Part shown: positions 18,022 through 27,264 of the stretch, in pieces | How the letters are laid out: every line of letters begins with the position of its first letter | Position numbering within the stretch: the first letter of the stretch is position 1 | Assembly: GCF_020969955.1 (NCBI RefSeq) | Contig: NZ_JAHDSX010000023.1 | Location: forward strand, 6,748 to 38,747 | Origin: Allobaculum fili | GTDB lineage: Bacteria; Bacillota_I; Bacilli_A; Erysipelotrichales; Erysipelotrichaceae | DNA length: 32,000 bases | Direction: 5' to 3' | Translations under genes and position numbers: made by a program | Notes under the pieces: model-generated | The model's database searches: none | Told to the model about the DNA's origin: nothing | The model's input: only the letters and a program-made list of their open reading frames with translations

Positions 18022-19122
18022 TGGAACTTTTTGAACTGAAACAAATGCTTGCTACTCACCTGGAGAAGTTGGACTCTCTGGGTGAGTCGCTTTGACCTGC
18101 CATCCAAGGAAAAGCAGATTGAAGACTACGACCGGCAGATGCTGGCGGAAGATTTCTGGAGCGATCAGAAAAAAGCCCAGAGCGTAATCCGCAAGCAGAA
18201 CTCCTTAAAGGACATTGTCACCTCCTATAACGAACTGCGCGCCGACATGGATTCCGTTTCGGAAGCGTATGACGTGCTCAAGGAAGAGATGGACGAGGAT
18301 CTGCTGGAAATGGCCTCGGAAGAAATGGAAGAGGCCGCAAAGAAAATGGAAACCTTCCAGGTGAAGGTTCTGCTGTCGGGGGAATACGACGATTCCAACG
18401 CCATTCTGGAATTCCATCCGGGAGCCGGCGGAACGGAAGCGTGCGACTGGGCGTCCATGCTCTATCGCATGTACACCCGCTACGCACAGAATAAGGGCTG
18501 GAAAGTAACCGTGCTCGACTATCAGGAAGAACAGGAAGCCGGTCTGAAATCGGCGACCATCCTGATTGAGGGCGAAAAAGCCTACGGCTATCTCAAAGGC
18601 GAAAAAGGCGTGCATCGTCTGGTGCGCATTTCGCCCTTCGATGCGGGTGCTCGCCGTCACACTTCGTTTGCGTCGGTGGAAGTCATGCCGCAGTTTAACG
18701 ACGACATCGAAATCGAGATCAAGCCGGAAGATCTTCTTGTGGAAACCAAACGCGCGTCCGGCGCGGGCGGTCAGCACATTAACAAGACCGACTCCGCGAT
18801 TCGCATGGTCCACCTGCCGACGGGCATCGTGGCGACCTGCCAGTCTGGACGAAGTCAGATTCAGAACCGTGAAGAAGCCCTGCGCATTTTGAAATCCCGG
18901 CTGCTTCAGCTGGAAATCGAAAACCAGCAGAAGAAAATCGCCGAACTGCGCGGTGAAGTCAAAGCTAACGAATGGGGATCCCAGATCCGTTCGTACGTTC
19001 TGCATCCCTACACGATGGTCAAGGACGCAAGAACCGGCTGCGAAACCAGTCAGGCCCAGAGCGTGCTCGACGGGGATCTGGACGGATTCATCTTCGCTTG
19101 GCTGAACTCCCAGGTCAGCTGA
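18021..19122 (+). CDS. prfB: Peptide chain release factor 2, expressed through a programmed +1 frameshift (join 18021..18092, 18094..19122)
   Basis: The ATG at 18021 shares its A with the secA TAA stop (TAATG). Frame 0 reads MELFELKQMLATHLEKLDSLGESL, then CTT TGA C at 18090-18096. Frame +1 continues DLPSKEKQIEDYD.. with the SPF tripeptide (SPFDAGARRHTSF) and GGQ (SGAGGQHINK). GGTGA lies upstream as an internal SD-like element. Confidence 0.95.
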
Positions 19123-19146
19123 TCGCGAATTTTGTACAAGGCTGTA

Positions 19147-19187
19147 AACCGGCCGGCGCTCAAAACGAGATGCCGACTGGTTTTTTG
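19147..19187 (+). terminator. Intrinsic terminator of secA-prfB
   Basis: AACCGGCCGGC (19147-19157) pairs with GCCGACTGGTT (19172-19182) with one mismatch and one wobble, followed by TTTTTTG. Confidence 0.7.
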
Positions 19188-19447
19188 TATGCTGCAAAGC
19201 GGAAAGAAAAAGATTCGGCAGAAACAGACTTTTTCAAAATCGCTCAGGAAAGCCGGGAAACGGGACATTTTCCAGACACCGCGCTCTCACTCTCGATGAA
19301 GAGCGATAGGATGGAAACAGGACGATAAAAAACGGACGGCTTTTGAGCGGACTGCGGCTGACGACGGGGTCCGATCGTCATGCGGGAGTGCTCCCAGGCC
19401 GATCCCAAAAGTAAAAGCCAGTTCAGGATGGCAAGAAAGGATTTCCA

Positions 19448-20377
19448 ATGAAAATTCATGAGACGATTCTGGATGTGATCGGCAATACGCCCCTGGTGGA
19501 AGCCGGTGTACTGGAACAGGAAAACGATTCGAAAGCCCGCGTGGTCTTCAAGCTGGAAGCGCTCAATCCGGGCGGATCCGCAAAAGACCGCATTGCGCTG
19601 CACATGATTGAAAAAGCCGAAAAAGAAGGGCGCCTGAAAAAAGGCATGACCATTATTGAAGCCACTTCCGGAAATACCGGCATCGGCGAAGCGCTCGTGG
19701 GCGCACGCAAAGGCTATCGCACGATTATTGTTATGCCGGATTCTATGTCGATAGAACGCCGCAATCTGCTTAAGGCCTTCGGCGCGGAAGTCGTTTTGAC
19801 CAAAGGCAGAGAAGGCATGGCCGGCGCGGTAGCCAAAGCCGAAGAAATCGGAAAAGAAATCGGCGATGTCTTTGTACCGGGTCAGTTTGAAAATCCGGAC
19901 AACCCTGAAACGCACTATCTGACGACCGGTCCGGAAATCTGGGAAGATACGGACGGCAAGGTCGACATTTTTGTTGCCGGCGTCGGCACGGGCGGAACGC
20001 TCAGCGGTGTCGGAAAATACCTCAGGGAAAAAAATCCGAACGTGAAAATCGTGGCGGTCGAACCCGCCGGCTCTCCGCTGCTTTCGGGCGGCAAAGCCGG
20101 TCCACACAAGCTGCAGGGCATTGGCGCCAACTTCATTCCGGATACGCTCGATCGCTCGATTTATGACGAAGTGATCGAAGTCAGCGACGAAGACGCGCTG
20201 AAAACGGGCCGGGATCTGGCGCGCAAGGAAGGTATTCTGGCCGGCATTTCCTCCGGCGCGGCGGCAGCCGCGGCTTTAGAACTGGCTTCCCGTCTGGAAA
20301 ACGAAGGCAAGCTCATTGTGGCGCTCCTTCCCGATACCGGCGATCGCTATCTTTCCAGCGAAATGTTTACAGACTGA
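19448..20377 (+). CDS. cysK: Cysteine synthase A (O-acetylserine sulfhydrylase)
   Basis: LEALNPGGSAKDRIAL (PLP lysine), TSGNTGIG and GVGTGGTLSG. Length is 309 aa. Confidence 0.93.
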   Translation: MKIHETILDVIGNTPLVEAGVLEQENDSKARVVFKLEALNPGGSAKDRIALHMIEKAEKEGRLKKGMTIIEATSGNTGIGEALVGARKGYRTIIVMPDSMSIERRNLLKAFGAEVVLTKGREGMAGAVAKAEEIGKEIGDVFVPGQFENPDNPETHYLTTGPEIWEDTDGKVDIFVAGVGTGGTLSGVGKYLREKNPNVKIVAVEPAGSPLLSGGKAGPHKLQGIGANFIPDTLDRSIYDEVIEVSDEDALKTGRDLARKEGILAGISSGAAAAAALELASRLENEGKLIVALLPDTGDRYLSSEMFTD

Positions 20378-20413
20378 TCGAATACAGATACACAATCGAA
20401 AAAGAATATGAGA

Positions 20414-20443
20414 AAACGGCAGGCCGCAAAGGGCCTGCCGTTT
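20414..20443 (+). terminator. Intrinsic terminator of cysK
   Basis: AAACGGCAGGCC / GGCCTGCCGTTT form a stem around GCAAAG; the run after it is T-poor. Confidence 0.7.
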
Positions 20444-20605
20444 GCCGTATAGGGGACACATGGTTTAAAAGAAGCGCTGCAGGCACAACTCGCTGGTTTT
20501 GACGATATATACCGCTTTTCTCCCCCCCATACGGCATAAAAATTGCGATATATGTTTTATGCCAAGAAATGTAAAGGGTTACATCAAAAACAGGAGAAAA
20601 AGAAA

Positions 20606-21747
20606 ATGGTAAATCGTTTTGTTCCCAATGCCGTTTCCTATCACGGCAAAGGGGGGATTCAGGAAATTCCTGGAATCGTCCGAAGCAAAGGCTTCAAAAA
20701 AGCGTTTATCGCGACCGACCCGGATCTGGTGAAATTTGGCGTAACGAAGAAAATTACCGATCTGCTCGACGCGAACGGCATGGACTACACAGTCAATTTC
20801 GACATCCAGCCCAACCCGACCATCGAAAATGTGCAGCACGGCGTCAAAGCGTATAAGGAATCCGGTGCAGACTCCATGATTACCGTCGGCGAAGGAAGCG
20901 CATGGATACCGGCAAAGCCATCGGCATTATCATCAACAACCCTGAGTTTGCGGACGTTCGCTCGCTCGAAGGCGTTGCCGACACGAAAAATCCGACTGTC
21001 TTCACCATTGCTGTCCCGACGACAGCAGGAACCGCTGCCGAAGCGACGATCAACTACGTGATCATCGATCCAGAACGCAAGCGTAAATTCGTCTGTGTCG
21101 ATACGAACGACATTCCTAACGTGGCGATCGTTGACCCCGACATGATGAGTTCCATGCCTAAAGGGCTCAGAGCTGCAACCGGAATGGATACGCTGACGCA
21201 CGCAATTGAAGGCTGCACGACCGCAGCGGCCTGGGAACTGGCCGACTGCCTCAACCTGGAAGCCATTCACCTGATCAGCCAGAATCTGCGCAAGACGGTC
21301 GAAAACGACCCCGAAGGCCGTGAAGGCATGGCGCTTGGTCAGTTTGTAACCGGCATGGCGTTCTCGAACGTCGGCCTGGGCATTGCCCACTCCATGGCGC
21401 ACACACTCGGTGCGTTCTACAACGCGCCCCATGGCGTAGCGTGCGCAATCCTGCCGCCCATCGTGATGGAATACAACCAGAAAGCAACCGGCGATAAGTT
21501 CAGAAAAATTGCGGAAGCCATGGACGTCGATACGACGGGCATGAGCGAAAAGGAATACCGCAAAGCTACCATTGACGCGGTGAAGAAACTTTCCGCCGAC
21601 GTAGGCATTCCAGAAAAGCTGGATGCGCTGCGCGAAGAAGATCTCGATTTCCTTGCCGAATCCGCCTATGCAGATGCGTGCCGTCCGGGAAATCCGAGAG
21701 AAACCTCCGTTGCGGACATGAAGGACCTGTCCCGTAAACTGATGTAA
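20606..21747 (+). pseudogene. Iron-containing alcohol dehydrogenase, FucO-like (lactaldehyde reductase / 1,2-propanediol oxidoreductase type), interrupted by a 1-nt frameshift near 20900-20902
   Basis: RBS AGGAG lies 9 nt before the ATG at 20606. Frame A reads MVNRFVPNAVSYHGKGG...SMITVGEGSA, then turns to nonsense. Frame B from 20902 reads MDTGKAIGIIINNPEFADVRSLEG..AVPTTAGTAAEATINYVI..THAIEG..GIAHSMAH..PHGVACA.. to the normal C-terminus. The two halves are colinear with E. coli FucO as I remember it. Confidence 0.8.
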
Positions 21748-22034
21748 TCTGACGCGATCCGCTTTTACCCGGCATGGCGAAGCGGATCTGGGAACATACG
21801 CTGTTCTGAACCGATTTGCGGCTCTGATGCAAAGATCCGATCAAGGACCTGAACGATCAGAGCCGCATTTCTTTTTGTCCTGTTTCTTTATTCCTTGTCG
21901 ACCGGTTGTGTCTGCCTGTGGGCGTCTGAAGAGAATTTCGGATTTCTTGGTGCGGCAGGGCGTCTGTCCTAAAATGGAAGCGATAAAGAAGAATCCAGTC
22001 CGTTAACGCTCTGGAAGAAAGGAGAATACAGAAT

Positions 22035-22976
22035 ATGGGTATGTTTGATTTTTTAACGTCCGGCGCAATTGAGGAAATGCTGAATGCGATGAGCGACGAA
22101 GAAAAGAAACAGATTCTGGAGCAGGCGCACAATCTTGCCCAGAACATGGATATGCAGACGCTTGCAAGGCAGATGTCCGATCTCTCGGACATGTTTAATA
22201 CCGAGAGTACAGGACAGCCGGAGACAGAGACCGATTCTGAACAGAAAAACGGCGCGCAAAGCGGCGTTGAAGAAGAGCGTATGGAAGAAAATGCCGATCC
22301 AGATTCCGTAAACCAGAGCGCTGATCCGTTGGAAGAGGAGCCGGCTGGATTCGTAAGCGAAGAACAGGAAGCTGAAAAAGAAGAGACCGCAGAAGAAGAG
22401 ACCGCAGAAGAAGAGACCGCAGAAGAGGAAAGCGAAGAAGAAGCCGAAGGCGAAGAGGATGAAACTGAAGAGGATGAAGAAGAGCCGACAATTGATGCCT
22501 TCTTTGGTTTCCGTCCGATTCTGTGCACGGCGATGGATGCGCAGACCAGAGAGTTTCTGGAAGCGGCGATGGATCTGGAAATTTACTATGAAGACATGGA
22601 AAATCCGGATCTGAGCGCGTCCGTTCTGTTTTTAGCCAAGGCGCTTCTCAGCCTGCTTCGTGAAGGTGTCTGTCCGTATCTGGCGGAACTTGGCGTGCCC
22701 GGCTTTAATCGTCCCGACGATACCCGGCTGGAAGACTACACACGCTTTGCCTCGGATACTTCATTTGACTTTTCCATTCTCAACGACAGAAAGCAGCGCG
22801 TTCTGGCAGGAAGTCTCATGAATGAAATCCTGCATTCCACCGCACTGTGCGCTCTGGCAGAAGCCCTTTACAGCGCACAAAACGATCGCATCGATCAAAA
22901 GACGCTTCAGGAACTCAAAGCGCAGCTGGAAGAAGAAGGTCTTCTCGAAAAGCTGGTTTTGCTGGAAAACGCCTGA
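22035..22976 (+). CDS. Hypothetical hyper-acidic protein (E/D-rich central region, helical C-terminal domain)
   Basis: RBS AAAGGAGA lies 8 nt upstream and a terminator follows. Residues about 60-155 are dominated by E/D/T/A, including (EETAE)x3. The antisense S-rich ORF (21857-22528) is its mirror artefact. Confidence 0.7.
   Translation: MGMFDFLTSGAIEEMLNAMSDEEKKQILEQAHNLAQNMDMQTLARQMSDLSDMFNTESTGQPETETDSEQKNGAQSGVEEERMEENADPDSVNQSADPLEEEPAGFVSEEQEAEKEETAEEETAEEETAEEESEEEAEGEEDETEEDEEEPTIDAFFGFRPILCTAMDAQTREFLEAAMDLEIYYEDMENPDLSASVLFLAKALLSLLREGVCPYLAELGVPGFNRPDDTRLEDYTRFASDTSFDFSILNDRKQRVLAGSLMNEILHSTALCALAEALYSAQNDRIDQKTLQELKAQLEEEGLLEKLVLLENA
22381..22425 (+). repeat. Perfect 15-bp x3 in-frame tandem repeat (GAAGAGACCGCAGAA = EETAE)
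   Basis: 22381-22395, 22396-22410 and 22411-22425 are identical. Confidence 0.9.
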
Positions 22977-23017
22977 TTCATTCCGATGCGATTCAAATGA
23001 AGCTTCCATACTAGACG

Positions 23018-23056
23018 AAAGCACCGGCTGATCGGGATCGAACAGCCGGTGCTTTT
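23018..23056. terminator. Bidirectional terminator between convergent genes
   Basis: AAAGCACCGGCTG (23018-23030) / CAGCCGGTGCTTT (23043-23055) form a perfect 13-bp stem, with the A-run/T-run arms built in. Confidence 0.85.
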
Positions 23057-23091
23057 AAAACCGAAGAAATGTGAATTGCAATAAATGGCGC

Positions 23092-23625
23092 TTAGCGGCT
23101 CTTGCGTGTCGCAAAGGCGTCAAAGCAGAGAACAACTGCCTGAACGATCAGCGCAACGCCGGCAATCGTCATAATCGTATCGATGATGGATCCGGGTTTG
23201 ATGACGAGGAAAATGCCAAGAGCCAGAAGGCAGAGGGCAACAACCAGGGAGAATACCCAGCTCGAAGCGCCATAGCTTTTTAAGACGAGCGAAGACTGAA
23301 TCTGAACAATCGAGTTGATCACGAGCAGAACGCCGACGATGATCGGGATGAAGTTGATGATCGTATGCGGCCAGCACACCATGATCAGACCGAGAACCAA
23401 AGACGGAACGCCGGAAAACATCGGAGCTGTATCGGCGGATTTGTGGACGCCGAAATAGACGTAAAGCATGTAGGCGCCATAGGCGATCAGAACAATGCCG
23501 ATGATGCGGACGACGGTCGTCAGAATGCTGCCCTGGAAGAAGCAGAGCGCCAGTCCGCAAAGCAGATAAAGAAGCGCCAGAACGAGCGTATCCTTTACGT
23601 TGAAATTAAACATATACCTTTTCAT
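23092..23625 (-). CDS. DUF308/HdeD-like integral membrane protein
   Basis: RBS GGAGG lies 7 nt upstream. About six predicted TM helices with the repeated pattern typical of HdeD-family proteins (..GIVLIAYGAYML.., ..LVLGLIMVCWP.., ..GVLLVINSIVQI.., ..LGIFLVIKPG..). Confidence 0.7.
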   Translation of the reverse strand: MKRYMFNFNVKDTLVLALLYLLCGLALCFFQGSILTTVVRIIGIVLIAYGAYMLYVYFGVHKSADTAPMFSGVPSLVLGLIMVCWPHTIINFIPIIVGVLLVINSIVQIQSSLVLKSYGASSWVFSLVVALCLLALGIFLVIKPGSIIDTIMTIAGVALIVQAVVLCFDAFATRKSR

Positions 23626-23995
23626 TTGAAAACCTCCAGATCTTCTGTCTCCATTATCGCCGAATTGAAAGGCAATAAAAGCAGGCAGGCCCGAAAGAGT
23701 CGAAAGAGATAGATAGAACGACCGTACTGTCTAAACGCAAAGACTGCCTTTCTGAAGCAGAACGTAAGAAGCGGATCGAAGAAACAGACGCTCAAAAACG
23801 GATGGACCGGTGCTGGCTCGACAAACCAGAACGGTTCAGAGGAAGAAAAGAAGAAAGTGAATGCGGAAGGGAAGGAAAGGAACAAACTCGACAGCATGTC
23901 ATTTTTCTTGCTTACAGCGATTTCCCTATGGCAAACGCATCCGTCCTGAGCGCCGAAAAAGGTAAGATGAAACTGCAGAAAGAGAGATGGTAATT

Positions 23996-24541
23996 ATGAA
24001 AAAAGCCGCTGTACTGATGGACAACGGATTTGAAGAACTTGAGGCCATGGGCCCGATTGCTCTGCTCAAACGAGCCGGCATTGCGGTGGACCTGGTCAGC
24101 GCGGCCAACCTGCGCGAAGGAACCGGCCGCTTTGGAATCATCTATTCTCCAATGATCCCTATGGATCTCTATGACTTTTCACAGGCGGATGCCCTGATTA
24201 TCCCAGGCGGTCCGCACTATGCGCTGCTTGAAAAAAATCCAAAAGCGCTCGAAGTCATCCGGGAAGCCTGGAACAATCCAAACCAGATTGTCGGCGCGAT
24301 TTGTGCCGCTCCGACGATCCTTGGCCATATGGGCCTGCTGGAAGGCAAGAACTACACCTGCTTTACGTCCATGAACGAAGACTTTAAAGGCAGCTATAAA
24401 GAGCAGGGAACCGTAACGGACGGAAAACTGATTACCGGCCGTTCCGCGGGCTACTCGATCGACTTTGCCTATGCTCTGATCGAAGCCCTGCTAGGCAAGG
24501 AAAAGCTTGATCAGCTGAAGGCTTCGATTTACGTGAAGTGA
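23996..24541 (+). CDS. DJ-1/PfpI family protein (class I glutamine amidotransferase-like fold)
   Basis: MKKAAVLMDNGFEELEA.. and the nucleophile elbow IVGAICAAPTILG. An alternative ATG at 23987 would add 3 residues. Confidence 0.85.
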   Translation: MKKAAVLMDNGFEELEAMGPIALLKRAGIAVDLVSAANLREGTGRFGIIYSPMIPMDLYDFSQADALIIPGGPHYALLEKNPKALEVIREAWNNPNQIVGAICAAPTILGHMGLLEGKNYTCFTSMNEDFKGSYKEQGTVTDGKLITGRSAGYSIDFAYALIEALLGKEKLDQLKASIYVK

Positions 24542-24550
24542 GCGTGAGTA

Positions 24551-25912
24551 ATGAAGTCTAAAGCAGTTACGAAACTGGAACAAAGCTGGCTGGGGCATAT
24601 TCGGCAGAATCCGACGCAAAGTCATCTGAGCGCCCTGAAAACGTCGCGCGCCATTCAGAACTCGCCGCTCGAATACGAAGTACCCGGCGCGGTGAATCCG
24701 GTGGCCATTTACACGCGGACGCTGCACATGCCAAAGTTCTTTTCCGATGCGGATGAAAAAGCGTTTGCGCATCTTTGCGATCAGTTTTATGGCATTTTTG
24801 AAAAGACGATTGCCGCCTACAAAGCAAATCCCGAGGTGCGAAAACTGTTCGGTTTTGATGCGAAACTCGAAGAACTGATTCAGATCGATAACCGCTATTC
24901 GAGCGCGATTCCCATGCTTCGCATCGACATTTTTTATAACGAAGACGACGGCTCGTTCAAAGTCTGCGAATTCAACACCGACGGAACGTCCGCCATGTAT
25001 GAAAACCAGATGATGGACGAATTCATGGCGCTGAACAATGTATGGAACGATCTGAAACCGGCTGTGCGTCATCAGGAACTGATGGACAGCTGGGCCGAAA
25101 GTTTTCTGCAGGACGTGAAGGAAGCCGGAGTGGAAGACAAGCCTGCCATTGCGATCAGCGATTATCTGGAAAACGCCTATCTGCCCGAGCTGTACGCGTT
25201 TCGCGACTTGTTTGAAGCCAAAGGCTATGTCTGCGAAGTCGTGGATGTCCGCGATTTTGTGTTCGATGGAAAGGCACTTCGAAGCAAAAAGACGAATACC
25301 GCGTTTGACGCGATTTACCGTCGGGCGGTGACGAGCGACGTGCTGGAAAAATACGATGAATCGACGGATTTTCTGGAAGCCGTTCGCAAACAGGCCGTCG
25401 TTCTGGTCGGCAATTTCCAGACGCAGGTCATTCACTCCAAGGCGATCAGCGAAGCTCTGTTTTCGCCGGTGCTTCGCCAGTATTTCACGCCGCAGGAATG
25501 CGCGTTTCTCGATGCGCACCTGCCGCAGTCCATGGATCTGAGTGATGCCGATCTTACCCGGCTTCTCGAACATAAGGATCAGTGGATTATTAAACCGAAG
25601 GAAGGCTATGGCGCCAAAGGCGTGTACGCGGGGGTCGATCTTTCCCAGGAGCGCTGGAAGCAGCTGCTCGAAGATCTGACAGGACAGCCGTTCATTGTCC
25701 AGGAATACGTGCCGCATTATCGCAGCGAAAACATTGACCTGCTGAGCGATCACGGCTTTATCGGCTACGCCAACCTGACCGGTCTGTATGTGTATAACGG
25801 CCATTTTGCGGGCGTGTATTCCCGCCTGTCCGATGCCGGTATCGTTTCCACGCAGTATAACGAACGGATGGTCCCGACCTTCTTTGCAGACGAGGATAGA
25901 GATTCTCAGTAA
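24551..25912 (+). CDS. Glutathionylspermidine-synthase-like / pre-ATP-grasp plus ATP-grasp family ligase, substrate unknown
   Basis: Starts 9 nt after the DJ-1 stop. RIDIFYNEDDGSFKVCEFNTDGTSAMYEN resembles the R.DF....g.lK.lE.N.DTP motif of GSP-synthase-type enzymes. WIIKPKEGYGAKGVYAG and FIVQEYV..GLYVYNGHFAGVYSRLS are ATP-grasp-like. The 495-aa antisense ORF is a shadow ORF. Confidence 0.6.
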   Translation: MKSKAVTKLEQSWLGHIRQNPTQSHLSALKTSRAIQNSPLEYEVPGAVNPVAIYTRTLHMPKFFSDADEKAFAHLCDQFYGIFEKTIAAYKANPEVRKLFGFDAKLEELIQIDNRYSSAIPMLRIDIFYNEDDGSFKVCEFNTDGTSAMYENQMMDEFMALNNVWNDLKPAVRHQELMDSWAESFLQDVKEAGVEDKPAIAISDYLENAYLPELYAFRDLFEAKGYVCEVVDVRDFVFDGKALRSKKTNTAFDAIYRRAVTSDVLEKYDESTDFLEAVRKQAVVLVGNFQTQVIHSKAISEALFSPVLRQYFTPQECAFLDAHLPQSMDLSDADLTRLLEHKDQWIIKPKEGYGAKGVYAGVDLSQERWKQLLEDLTGQPFIVQEYVPHYRSENIDLLSDHGFIGYANLTGLYVYNGHFAGVYSRLSDAGIVSTQYNERMVPTFFADEDRDSQ

Positions 25913-25994
25913 GTCCGTCCCTTTGGCCAGAACGTCTGGTTCTGTCTGGCACAATACGGACAGAAAGTTTCCCAACAAAAATCCAGTACAGAAA

Positions 25995-26040
25995 TACCCC
26001 GTCCGGGATTCTGCCTTCTGGCCTTATCCCGGACGGGGTA
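25995..26040. terminator. Bidirectional hairpin between convergent genes
   Basis: TACCCCGTCCGGGA (25995-26008) / TCCCGGACGGGGTA (26027-26040) form a perfect 14-bp stem with an 18-nt loop. The flanks are only weakly T-rich. Confidence 0.6.
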
Positions 26041-26077
26041 TGCATGTATATAGAGCTGGATCGAAAAAAACGGAGAT

Positions 26078-26926
26078 CTATTTCTCTTCGGGCTTTATGA
26101 ATTCGGCAATTTTCAAACCGTCCTTGAAGCCTTTGAGATAAAGATGATGAAGCTGTTCCGGATTGCGGTTGAGCGTATCGACGCCGCATGTATCGTTTGG
26201 CGCGATGACGAGAACCTTGCCTTCCTTTTCCATCTGCAAAGCCCGCTCTACGTCTTTGTTGTAGCGGGCAGCGCGTTCGCGAAGGCCCTGCGCGGCGAGG
26301 GGATAATGGCCCATGAAGGAAGCTAATGTTACATCCTTGCGGCTTGAGCGCACCAGATCCGAGGGCTTGGTGAGAATCAGAACAATTTTATCCGCACCGA
26401 GTTCAATGGCTTTGTCGATGGGAACGGGATCGGAAAGCGCACCGTCAAAAAACGGAATGCCTCCGACTGGATACGGTTTGTTTACAACGGGAATCGAACA
26501 GCTGGCCTTGAAAATGTCATACTGGTCTTCGTCCATCCAGGAACTGTCGAAATAGGCAGGCTTGCCGGTGATGGCGTTGGTCGCTACAACGATCAGCTCC
26601 GCAGGATTTTCTTTCATGGCTTTGTAGGCGAGGGGATATTCACCGTCTGTGTTCGAAAGGAAACTGTAAATGTAGTCCATGTCGATATAGGAGCCGCTGC
26701 GCAGAAAGTTCGAGGCCGACATGTATTCCGGACGTCCGGAATAGTCCCGGTAAAATTTGTACGTCCGTCCGATCTGCCCGGCGATAAAGCTGGCCAGGTT
26801 GGCGCTGCCGGCGCTCACGCCGATTGCGATATCAAAATGAACGTGTTCTTCGAGGCAGGCATCGAGAACGCCCGCCGCATACATGCCGCGCATGCCGCCG
26901 CCAACATCAATTACTGCAGTTTTCAT
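26078..26926 (-). CDS. Patatin-like phospholipase family protein
   Basis: RBS AGGAGG upstream. Oxyanion DVGGGMRGMY, nucleophile GVSAG and a distal D-G (FFDGALSD) dyad. Confidence 0.88.
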   Translation of the reverse strand: MKTAVIDVGGGMRGMYAAGVLDACLEEHVHFDIAIGVSAGSANLASFIAGQIGRTYKFYRDYSGRPEYMSASNFLRSGSYIDMDYIYSFLSNTDGEYPLAYKAMKENPAELIVVATNAITGKPAYFDSSWMDEDQYDIFKASCSIPVVNKPYPVGGIPFFDGALSDPVPIDKAIELGADKIVLILTKPSDLVRSSRKDVTLASFMGHYPLAAQGLRERAARYNKDVERALQMEKEGKVLVIAPNDTCGVDTLNRNPEQLHHLYLKGFKDGLKIAEFIKPEEK

Positions 26927-27264
26927 TCTTGAATTAACCTCCTGATGTCTGAAAAAGTTTTCGGAAAAGTTTTCGGAAAAAAGAAAAATAGAGTTTCAGA
27001 CAGATTTCATATTTGACCGGGACGTTTGTGTTTTCAAGAGAAACGGCCGTTCTTTCTTCAACAGAACGGCCGGAATGTACAAAAGCAGATGGGATAAAGG
27101 AATAGAAGGGCAAATTGCAAGGCGAAATACGCGGGACTGTGCGCGATGCAGCGCATAACAGAACGTGCGATAAGAGGAAAAACAAACGCAGCAAAAAGAA
27201 TATTAAGATTTCGTTGGTGCGGCAGGCCGGATTCGCTCTTTGTCCAGACCTGTTTTTGGCCCGC

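Noticed and set aside
15532-19197. Long minus-strand ORFs opposite secA and prfB (15532-16626, 16768-17793, 18205-19197). Similar ones lie opposite other genes: 969-1691, 9578-10693, 19244-20107, 20785-21432, 21857-22528 and 24491-25978.
   Set aside because: Each lies antisense to a gene with unmistakable family motifs. Their translations are R/F/H/V-rich and low in information, with no RBS. They are typical shadow ORFs produced by the codon bias of the sense gene.
19188-19447. A T-box or SAM riboswitch upstream of cysK.
   Set aside because: I found no T-box sequence (..GGTGGTACCGCG..), no specifier/AGAGA architecture and no S-box core. Only short hairpins without T-tracts are present.
26078-26926. 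Patatin-like lipase as a CBASS/defence effector.
   Set aside because: No cyclase/nucleotidyltransferase, E1/E2/JAB or other signalling partner is adjacent. The gene is monocistronic, lying between a terminator and the tRNA promoter.
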